DNA of 64,000 nucleotides from an uncultured virus (IMG/VR IMGVR_UViG_3300022660_000058) (IMGVR_UViG_3300022660_000058); one strand, 5' to 3'. Counted from the stretch's first letter, positions 19,899-28,191 are shown. Made by a program: numbers and translations. The notes: generated by a model from the sequence alone, not told the origin.

Positions 19899-20216
19899 TC
19901 AACCTTCAATTAATTCACTTTCAAGTTCTGCAACTTCAAGCACTACGCTTTCTTGGTTCAAAATTTTTCTTAATTCCTTGGCTATGGCTGATGCCGTTGA
20001 TTTTTCTATAAAAAGCATTTCAATTTTTATACTATTTTCTATTACTATTTCGCCGTTGTTGTGTGTGTAAAATCCTTTGGCTTCTGTAAGTGTTGCCCCT
20101 TCGATGCCGTTATTTAATAAAGTTTTAAAAATGATGTTGTATGCCTTTTCTGTGCTGATTTCTTGTTTTTTAGTTTCCTTATCGTTTAATCCTACAATTA
20201 CAGTAAATTTTAACAT
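19899..20216 (-). CDS. DUF3574/PII-like protein; candidate phage SAM lyase
   Basis: VGLNDK...GATLTEAKGFY...IENS...LNQESV; own promoter at 20266-20294. Confidence 0.6.
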   Translation of the reverse strand: MLKFTVIVGLNDKETKKQEISTEKAYNIIFKTLLNNGIEGATLTEAKGFYTHNNGEIVIENSIKIEMLFIEKSTASAIAKELRKILNQESVVLEVAELESELIEG

Positions 20217-20265
20217 TTCAAAAACTCCTTTAAAAATTATTTTGTTTCCGTGTTTCTATGGTTAA

Positions 20266-20294
20266 ATTATATCAAATCATTTTTGCATTGTCAA
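20266..20294 (-). promoter_or_regulatory. sigmaA promoter
   Basis: TTGACA-17-TATAAT with extended TG. Confidence 0.8.
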
Positions 20295-20417
20295 TATAAA
20301 AATTGCATAAAGATATTATAATTTTATTGTGTTTTTCTGTGCATATTGTACAATAATTTTCTGCGATTATTTTTCTGTTATCCTTCCTTGACAACTATTA
20401 AATTATTTTGTTGTTAG

Positions 20418-20831
20418 TTATTTTACCGTTTACTTTTTTCTGTTGTGTTTATACTATTATTTTACCGTTTAAAAATTAAACTTCTGCGACTTTATAATTA
20501 TTTTACCGTTTTGTTCTGTTATGTTTTTATTTTACCGTTCACTTTCTGTTGCTCCAACTGATTATTTATTATTTTACGGTTTAATTTTGTGCTACTATTA
20601 TTTTACGGTTTAAATATTTTACCGTTTTATTATTTCAATCATTATTATTTTACCGTTCAAGTTTTTAAATTATTATTTTACGGTTTCGGCTTTCTCTGAT
20701 TTTCTAATATTAAATATTTTACCGTTTAATTTTATTGATACACCTGCTACAAATATTTTACCGTTTAATTTTATTATTTATTATTTTACCGTTTCTGTTT
20801 TGCCGATGTACCAATAAATATTTTACCGTTC
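20418..20831 (+). repeat. TATTTTACCGTT array 6 (about 13 copies)
   Basis: Read directly. Confidence 0.92.
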
Positions 20832-20871
20832 TAAAAATAAAAAACAAAAAATTAAAGAGGCTTTCGCCTCC

Positions 20872-21150
20872 TTAATTTAAATAATCTTTTATTATCTGTG
20901 CTTTGCTTTCTGCCTTGAATCCGTTCTGCTTCAAAAATTCTTTGATGTGGCGAAGGGTTGTTGCTGAATATGTGCCGTAAATGATTGCGTATGCTGGGAT
21001 ACTGTAACCGTGATTTTTGTTAACTATTTTTGCGACTTCGGTTTCATAACTAATAAGTGTTAAACCGTCTCGGTCTGTTCTGATGTGTGCTTTACCGTAA
21101 AAAGATTGTCTGCCGTCATAGATTGCTTTTAATTCTGTGTAGTTTGTCAT
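20872..21150 (-). CDS. conserved phage hypothetical protein
   Basis: SFYGKA...LISYETEVA...YSATTLRHIKEFLKQ; GAGGC-loop-GCCTC terminator follows. Confidence 0.8.
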   Translation of the reverse strand: MTNYTELKAIYDGRQSFYGKAHIRTDRDGLTLISYETEVAKIVNKNHGYSIPAYAIIYGTYSATTLRHIKEFLKQNGFKAESKAQIIKDYLN

Positions 21151-21352
21151 TGTTAAAACTCCTTAATATTATATTGTTTTTCTGTCGTGGCTCTCTGTCC
21201 TTTTGACACACATATAATATCACATTGACAATATAAAAATCTATTCGCATAATGCACAAGATTTATTTTATTTTTCTGCGATGCTTTGTGCAATATGTAT
21301 AATTTTTCTGTGGCTCTGCTTTTCTGCCGTGGCTCTGTCCTGCTTGGCGATT

Positions 21353-21724
21353 ATATTATTTTACCGTTTAAAAATCTTTCTGTTACTTATTATATTATTT
21401 TACCGTTCTGTTTTCTGTGGCTCTGTGGTTATAAATATTTTACCGTTTATATTTTATTATTTTTCTGTCGTTTGTTTTCCTGCTGACCTTATTATATTAT
21501 TTTACCGTTTTAATTTTCTGCCGTTCTTCCTGCTGGCGTTGGTTTCCTGCTGATACTATTATTTTACCGTTCAATATTTTTCTGTTGTGCTATTATTTAA
21601 TATTTTACCGTTTATTATTTCTGTTGTTCCTGCCGTTATTATTTTACGGTTTTAATTTCTTCTGTTGTTCTTCTGCTGATATTTTACCGTTTGTTTTTCT
21701 GTTGTTATAATATTTTACCGTTTC
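21353..21724 (+). repeat. TATTTTACCGTT array 7 (about 9 copies)
   Basis: Read directly. Confidence 0.9.
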
Positions 21725-21745
21725 AAAATAAAAAAGCGTAAAAAA

Positions 21746-21766
21746 TAAGGTGCATTTCTGCACCTT
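21746..21766 (-). terminator. rho-independent terminator
   Basis: AAGGTGCA-TTTC-TGCACCTT stem with a T run on the minus strand. Confidence 0.75.
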
Positions 21767-21779
21767 TAAATTATTTATT

Positions 21780-22046
21780 TTATATTATTAACTTTGTGCA
21801 AGTTCCTTTTTTTGATTTTACAATAATTTTTTTATCTAACATAGATTTGTAAACTTTATTTACTGTGCGAAGTTCCTCTGCCGTTAAAATAAGTCTGCAA
21901 CTGTTGTCCCACGCTCTTTTGTTCCAAATTGCTTGCGAAAGAATATTTAAAACAATATCATTTTCTACATATCCATTCATTTCTCTTACTTCTCCAAAAT
22001 ATCGCAACTGTTCAATTATATATTTTTCTTTTTCTGCTTTTGTCAT
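21780..22046 (-). CDS. hypothetical protein (winged-helix-like C-terminus possible)
   Basis: AAGGAG RBS; promoter at 22098-22126. Confidence 0.65.
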   Translation of the reverse strand: MTKAEKEKYIIEQLRYFGEVREMNGYVENDIVLNILSQAIWNKRAWDNSCRLILTAEELRTVNKVYKSMLDKKIIVKSKKGTCTKLII

Positions 22047-22157
22047 TTTTCAAAACTCCTTTTCTTTTGTCTTTGCGGTTTTCTTTTGTTGGACTTCATA
22101 ATACACCCATTTACAAAAATTGTCAATAGTTTTTTGAAAAAATTTTATTTTGTTTTT

Positions 22158-23004
22158 TATTATTTTACCGTTTCAAAATTTGCCGTTGCTGATGTTATTA
22201 TTATTTTGCCGTTACAAATAATCAATATATTATTTTACCGTTTAAACCGTTGCGACTCTCTGTGTTATCTGTTATTTTACCGTTTTGTTTTGGCTCTTTG
22301 TGTCTGCTGATGTTATTTTACCGTTTCAAAAATGCTGTAAATCTGCCTTAAATATTTTACCGTTTCAAAAAACCTCCTGCGAACCTCATTATTATTTTAC
22401 CGTTTCATTTTCCTTCGCTCCCTCCCTCCAATTATGCAACGGTAAAATATTAAAATGCTATTATTATTTTACCGTTTTGTTTTCTTCTGTTTTGCTCCCA
22501 AAATTCAAACGGTAAAATATTAACTTCTGTTTTCCCCTTCTTAATATTTTACGGTTTCCGTTTTTCTTTGTGTTGCTGGTTATTCTTAAAACGGTAAAAT
22601 ATTAACTATGATTTATTATTTTACCGTTTCAAAAATAACCGTTATTATTTTACCGTTTCCGTTTTTGCGTCGTTTCCGTCAATTTTCAAAACGGTAAAAT
22701 ATTTGTGTAGCTTTAATATTTTGCCGTTTCAGTTTTGAGCGTTGGCGTTGCCGTTTTTAAAATGGTAAAATATTAAATACTATTTTTTGAAATGGTAAAA
22801 TATTAACCGAAAAAAGCAACGGAAAAAAGCAACGGCAAAATAATAACGGAAAAAAGAAAAGAGAAAAGCACAACGGAAAAAGCAAAACGGAAAAGAAAAA
22901 ATAATATTTTAAATTTTGCCGTTTTTAGGCTTTTAAAAGCGTTTTATATAGCGGTAGTATAATTTCATTATGCAAGGATAGAAAAGCGTAAATGCGGTAA
23001 AATA
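22158..23004. repeat. TATTTTACCGTT array 8 (about 20 copies, mixed orientation)
   Basis: Forward copies to ~22410, alternating copies at 22437-22730, mostly AACGGTAAAA beyond. Confidence 0.9.
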
Positions 23005-23059
23005 GCGGTATTTTTAAAACATAGGAAAAGAGAAAAGAAAAGCAAAAAAGAGACAAAAA

Positions 23060-23086
23060 GAAAAGCACTTTTTCAAGTGCTTTTCT
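23060..23086 (-). terminator. rho-independent terminator
   Basis: GAAAAGCACTT-TTTC-AAGTGCTTTTC stem. Confidence 0.75.
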
Positions 23087-23100
23087 TAAGTGATTTTATT

Positions 23101-24036
23101 TTATTGATTTGTAAGTTTATCATAATACTTATCAAATAACTTTATCATTTTTTCGCTCGCTTTATTTGCAAGTTTGCGTCTATTTTCGGCGGTGTCGTTT
23201 TCGTTGTATCTTGCAAGAAAATAATCACAAATAACCTTTTGTATAATATCTTGATGTAATCTTGCACACATCATATATTGACGGGCGGTAACAAGTTTGC
23301 AGAGACGGAATTCAATATGCGTTGAGTGTTGCATATTGATAAAATATCTATGGTCTGAGTCACCGCATCCGCCGTTGAAATAATCAGCAAGCCTTGAATT
23401 ATAATTAATAGTACAAGCGTAATATGTAAAATCACGACCATATAAAGCAACAGTTTTTGCGGGATTTGCTTGTAAATATTCACAATACGGAACAAACAAA
23501 GAATGATAGAAGCGTTTTACAATTTTCATTGCTTCAAGATTTAATGCGGTGTTACCGATATTTAAATGCGTTCCGTAGTCGTCCGCTGCGTTCCATTGAC
23601 TAAGACTGTTTAATTTTTCAAAATTGCTTAACACTTTTGATAAACCTAAAAGATTATTGTATATCGGACTTTTAAATTCATACCATACAGAACCATCTGG
23701 CGTTTTAATGAATTGTGCTTCATTTGTTAACCATTGCAATTTGCGTTCGGTAGTGAAGCGTCTTGCGTAATCTGAGATTTCTAATTCAATAGAAATAGTA
23801 CAATTATTTGTTTTTGTAATATTATTTACAAAAGTGCTATTTTCAGTTGAATAACCGCCTTGCTCAACTGTTGAACAAAAAGAACAAAGAAAAGCATTTG
23901 CGTTGCGACTGTACACTTTTAAACCTTCGCCAGCCTTTAAAGCACGACCGCATTTTTTGCAAGTACACTTGCGAACGTTTGTTGTTGTTGTGTTGTTGTT
24001 TACTGTTGATTTAATCATTTTTTTTCCTCTTTTCAT
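23101..24036 (-). CDS. putative amidoligase (COOH-NH2 ligase type 2) with N-terminal zinc ribbon
   Basis: SIELE, DGSV..EFKSPI, GTHLNIG, HIEFRL motifs; CKKC..CSFC. Confidence 0.8.
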   Translation of the reverse strand: MKRGKKMIKSTVNNNTTTTNVRKCTCKKCGRALKAGEGLKVYSRNANAFLCSFCSTVEQGGYSTENSTFVNNITKTNNCTISIELEISDYARRFTTERKLQWLTNEAQFIKTPDGSVWYEFKSPIYNNLLGLSKVLSNFEKLNSLSQWNAADDYGTHLNIGNTALNLEAMKIVKRFYHSLFVPYCEYLQANPAKTVALYGRDFTYYACTINYNSRLADYFNGGCGDSDHRYFINMQHSTHIEFRLCKLVTARQYMMCARLHQDIIQKVICDYFLARYNENDTAENRRKLANKASEKMIKLFDKYYDKLTNQ

Positions 24037-24066
24037 TTTGTATATTTTGGGGTGTTGCTTGATTTT

Positions 24067-24095
24067 ATGATATTACAATTTTATTATATTGTCAA
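24067..24095 (-). promoter_or_regulatory. sigmaA promoter of the amidoligase gene
   Basis: TTGACA-17-TATCAT. Confidence 0.65.
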
Positions 24096-24111
24096 TGCAA
24101 AATTCATTTTT

Positions 24112-25080
24112 TGAACGGCAAAATATTATTTTCTTGTTTTGTGCGTTTGTGCAATATGACAATAAAAACGGTAAAATATTAAGATTTTAAAGCGTTTAAA
24201 GAATTAAAAACGGTAAAATATTACGCTTTTTTGTGCAATTTGCTATTTTTGATTTTTTTGCAAAATTGCACTTGACAAGATACAAAAAGAACAAATGTTT
24301 TTGTAAGTTTTTACTAATTTTTTATAGTCTGATTTGTGCAATTTGTATAGTCGAAAAATGTATATTATGCATAATTTAAACCGTTTTATGCATTATTTTA
24401 ATGTATTTTATGCATATTTATGCATTTTTCTATTGTGTTTTTCTGCTTTCTGTTGTCTGTTATTTTTCAATTTTAGAATATTTGTAAATGTTGCATAAAA
24501 AATCATTAAATTATCAACGACTTTTTAACAAATCAAATCAGCGGATTGTTTTGGTGTAAAATAGTGTAGTTATATTATTGAATAGATAAAAAGCAAAATA
24601 GCGATAATTTTACGCATTTTAGCGATGTATATTGTTTTTGTGTTTTGCTTTTACTTTTATCTGTTGTTTTAAATGGTGCATAGCATTGCGATAAATATAA
24701 TCAATATGTATTAATTACAACATAATGTTGCGTTTATAACAGTATGTTGCGTAAGATATAGGATAATAGACAGATATAATATATATGTTGAATAAGTGAC
24801 AAATAATATAAAAGTGTCACAAAAGAAAAACAAAAGATAAAATAATACATAGTGTTTAATTTGTGACAGATTATTGCGTTTTGTTTGAATTGTTACAGAA
24901 TTGCGTTAAGTGTAACAAATGTTACAAATACAATAAAATTGTATCAGTAGACACGAAAAAATCGCATTATCATAATATGGCGGATCTCGCCCGCATAAGC
25001 AACGCAGAATTGAAACGGCAAAATAATAACAGACGAAAAGCAAAACGGCAAAATATTAACATATAAACGGCAAAATAATA
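24112..25080 (-). repeat. six inverted-orientation copies of the array motif (AACGGYAAAATA) at ~24112-24222 and ~25013-25080
   Basis: Read directly. Confidence 0.8.
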
Positions 25081-25118
25081 ATATAACTTTATACAATTAA
25101 CATTGTATGAAATAAATA

Positions 25119-25166
25119 TAACAATATATAGTGTATCAATCAAAAAGCATATACAATATATAGTGT
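25119..25166. promoter_or_regulatory. tandem NrdR-box-like sites
   Basis: TAACAATATATAGTGT and ATACAATATATAGTGT, 32 bp apart; consensus ACACWATATATWGTGT. Confidence 0.6.
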
Positions 25167-25167
25167 A

Positions 25168-25760
25168 TAGGGGCTATTTTTCACTTTTTCCATTTTCCCG
25201 ACTTCCAAACCGAGGCATAGTAGGTACGAAATAGACACTACCTTACGCACCCACCCCACGAATACACAGAAAAAATCAAAATAAACCCACGAATCCCTTT
25301 CACTCAAAAACCCCATTTCACCGAACTGTTGAAACTATCAAAATCATTGAAACTATACCCCAAAATCCCTTTTTACAAAAATCCCAAAAACCCACCCCCC
25401 TATTTTTCACAAAATTAAAATCCTAAAAAACTATAAAAACTACCCACTTTTATTATCCAATTCCCCATTTCCCACCCTATTACCCAACCTATCATTTAAC
25501 CCTAAAACACCCAAAAAATCATTTCAAGTTTTTATTCATTAGCTTATAGAAAAAATCTACACAAAATAATCCTATCCAAAAACAAATCTAAAATATTACC
25601 CTGTTATCAGCTCTCTATATACTATATATAATATGTATAGTAAAAATCTATCAAATCAAACCTAATAAACTCATAGAAAACCGAACAGGCTAAATTATAA
25701 CCTACCTATATTTACATAAACAGAACCTCTCCAAACCTTTCAAAACCTGATAAAACCTAA
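25168..25760. other. non-coding, strongly C-rich/G-poor tract at the strand switch
   Basis: Many C3-C6 runs and very few G on the + strand. Confidence 0.8.
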
Positions 25761-25810
25761 TAATTTTCAAATAATTTTATACAATTTTAAAAATTTTTTA
25801 AGTAAAACTC

Positions 25811-25839
25811 TTGACATTTCTAAAAATTAACATTATAAT
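25811..25839 (+). promoter_or_regulatory. sigmaA promoter
   Basis: TTGACA-17-TATAAT. Confidence 0.85.
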
Positions 25840-25942
25840 ATAGATACAACGAAACAAAATAATATTTTTGTGTAAACAAAAAGCATAAAATAATATTACG
25901 GAATAAATTTAAAATTAAATTTTAAGAAAAGGAGCAATCAAT

Positions 25943-26845
25943 ATGGCAAAGATTACAGAAAAAGCTACAACAAACCTTAACAACTTTGAACTCTATCTAT
26001 TAGATAATGCTTATTCCCCCAACACCGTTAAAGGTTATATCAGTGATATGAAGCTCTATGCAACTTGGCATAACAATCAACATAGTGACTTAGATATTCT
26101 CGATAGACAGGATATTATAGCATATAAGGTATATCTCAAAAACTCTAAGAGACAGGATTCTAAAACAATAAACCATAAACTGAGTAGCCTTAAAAAGTAC
26201 AATGAGTATCTTATAGATATAAATGCAATGGATACTATCGTTATACTTAAAAAAGATATGTTCAAAGTACAAGCTGAGTTTGCTAATCCTACAGACCTTA
26301 CCAATGACGAGGTTAAAGCTTTCTTTAATGATATTAAAAGTGACAACAGCAAAACAGCTTTAAGAGATTTTACGATAGTATATCTCCTTGCTTACACAGG
26401 ACTGAGAATTAGTGAGTGTCTGAATATCCAACATAGAGATTTAAACCTCGTTGAACAAGAGCTGACTGTTACAGGTAAGGGTAATAAGCAGAGAACGGTA
26501 TATCTTAATGATAATGTATGTGCTGTGCTTAAAGACTATTTAGACAATAATAGAAACTTTAAAAACTATGGTGATTACATAAGGTCACAATATGTATTCA
26601 TCAGTAATCGTTCTAAGAAGCTTACAACAAGTAGGGTTAATCAGATATTCGATAAATATAATGATAAGATACACCCACACAGTTTAAGACATTGGTTTTG
26701 TAGTAATGCTTATGAGAGTGGTATGCTCTTACACGAGATAGCTAATCAGGCAGGTCACGCTAATATACAGATTACTATGAGATATACTAATCCTACTAAG
26801 CAACAGCTTAAAAATAAGATGAACGGTCTACAGTCATTAATATGA
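25943..26845 (+). CDS. XerC/D-like tyrosine recombinase
   Basis: Complete catalytic set: TGLRISE, GKGNK, HPHSLRH, GHANIQITMRY. Confidence 0.92.
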   Translation: MAKITEKATTNLNNFELYLLDNAYSPNTVKGYISDMKLYATWHNNQHSDLDILDRQDIIAYKVYLKNSKRQDSKTINHKLSSLKKYNEYLIDINAMDTIVILKKDMFKVQAEFANPTDLTNDEVKAFFNDIKSDNSKTALRDFTIVYLLAYTGLRISECLNIQHRDLNLVEQELTVTGKGNKQRTVYLNDNVCAVLKDYLDNNRNFKNYGDYIRSQYVFISNRSKKLTTSRVNQIFDKYNDKIHPHSLRHWFCSNAYESGMLLHEIANQAGHANIQITMRYTNPTKQQLKNKMNGLQSLI

Positions 26846-26873
26846 TATATATGTGGTTAACATACTACTTAGT

Positions 26874-26915
26874 TAGGGGGAACGGCTCATAAATGAGCCT
26901 TGCGAGTTCCCCCTA
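26874..26915 (+). other. GC-rich nested hairpin
   Basis: TAGGGGGAAC-GGCTCAT-AA-ATGAGCC-TTGCGA-GTTCCCCCTA. Confidence 0.7.
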
Positions 26916-26928
26916 CAACCCCCTTACG

Positions 26929-27005
26929 AAAAAATGTTAGTTTTTTAACGCTTTATATAATAATGTATACAATATATATAATATGTCAAAAAACTAACAT
27001 TTTTT
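26929..27005. repeat. perfect 18-bp inverted repeat around a 41-bp AT-rich core
   Basis: AAAAAATGTTAGTTTTTT ... AAAAAACTAACATTTTTT. Confidence 0.85.
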
Positions 27006-27099
27006 AAAACAAGTAAACAAAACAAGTTATAAGGTTTAAAGCAAGCAAATAAGTAATGAACTCGACAGAGTTAAATATAGCATTGAAAGGACTATAATA

Positions 27100-28113
27100 A
27101 TGGCAAGCAATGAGATAATAGAACAAAAATACAAGGTCGATACTTCAAATCTGTGTATTGGTCAAGCATTTAAAAATAAGAAAGAGCTTTGTAAATATTT
27201 AAATCAGGAATATATTTCAAATAAGACAGCTTCAGAACCTCAACTTAAGGAATGGAGAAGATATTTCGAGTGGGTTAAGGATGGACAAAAAATAGTTGTT
27301 ACGGATATATACCCTACTCCACTCGATAGAACCGATGGTAGAGTTACCAACGGTACTCAAAAATATCAGCAATACATAGAAGATGTGTTGTTGGCTTATA
27401 TGGATAGTGAAATTAATAAAAATAATTCCATAACAAATATTGAGGGCTGTGAGGATTATCAATTTATATTTACCCTTAACGGTCTTGCACTGTTGTGTAA
27501 TATGGTTAACAAGAGATATGTGAGTAAAAATATTGATAGTGTTTTAATTGAAGAGGGTTATACAAAGTTTAATATCAAAGATTTCTTTTCAAGGACTGAA
27601 TTAAAGTTTAGTCTTATAATTAATAACGCTCTTCAAAATATGGAAAAGAGAAAGATTATAAATTATGATAAGGTTCTGATTGTTGAGGAAAACGGCAAAC
27701 AAAGGATTGCCACCCTACACGATAAGAATGAATATTTAAATATTGAGAAGTTGGCACTCACAAGTATGAATTATGGTAGTATTACCGAAGTGTTTCTGCA
27801 TAATAAGATTAAAGAATATTATGCCATAGTTGATAAGGGTGTTAAAAAACATCTTAATTGGGATAAATGTTATAAGGCTTATGTGATTAGTTTAAATCAT
27901 AACTCGATTGATTTAGAAAAAGAATATTTAGCAAAAACTAATCAGCATAGTAAATTAGAGTTAAACCAAAGGTTAATCAGTTTCTTTAATACTCAGGCAA
28001 GCAACAGATTTATTAAGAGTTGCAAGAATGAATTGGGTGGTTTTAGATTGCCACCTGATTATAAGAAACAGCAAGCTGGTCTTAGTGATTATTTATTAAA
28101 AATTGATAGTTAA
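27100..28113 (+). CDS. hypothetical protein (possible DNA-binding or replication protein)
   Basis: 337 aa, AAGG RBS; no confident family. Confidence 0.75.
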   Translation: MASNEIIEQKYKVDTSNLCIGQAFKNKKELCKYLNQEYISNKTASEPQLKEWRRYFEWVKDGQKIVVTDIYPTPLDRTDGRVTNGTQKYQQYIEDVLLAYMDSEINKNNSITNIEGCEDYQFIFTLNGLALLCNMVNKRYVSKNIDSVLIEEGYTKFNIKDFFSRTELKFSLIINNALQNMEKRKIINYDKVLIVEENGKQRIATLHDKNEYLNIEKLALTSMNYGSITEVFLHNKIKEYYAIVDKGVKKHLNWDKCYKAYVISLNHNSIDLEKEYLAKTNQHSKLELNQRLISFFNTQASNRFIKSCKNELGGFRLPPDYKKQQAGLSDYLLKIDS

Positions 28114-28140
28114 TTTTTATTAAAAATTGATAGTTAATTT
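28093..28140 (+). repeat. perfect 24-bp tandem duplication over the stop codon
   Basis: (TTATTAAAAATTGATAGTTAATTT)x2. Confidence 0.9.
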
Positions 28141-28162
28141 TGGTAAAATTTGTGTTTTTCTC

Positions 28163-28191
28163 TTGACAAATAAACAAAATAATATTATAAT
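28163..28191 (+). promoter_or_regulatory. sigmaA promoter of the RNA polymerase operon
   Basis: TTGACA AATAAACAAAATAATAT TATAAT. Confidence 0.85.

Noticed and set aside
19360..22515. Plus-strand ORFs 19360..19794, 21281..21553, 21286..21486, 22086..22310 and 22285..22515
   Set aside because: They are translations of the repeat motif (ILP/FYR/FTV), lack RBSs and run against local gene orientation.
10573..23004. CRISPR array interpretation of the repeats
   Set aside because: The repeat is only ~12 bp, spacing is irregular, intervening DNA is low complexity and no cas genes are present.
24795..24926. Short palindromes GTGACA-N13-TGTCAC and TGTAACA-AA-TGTTACA
   Set aside because: Single instances that I cannot assign to a regulator with confidence.
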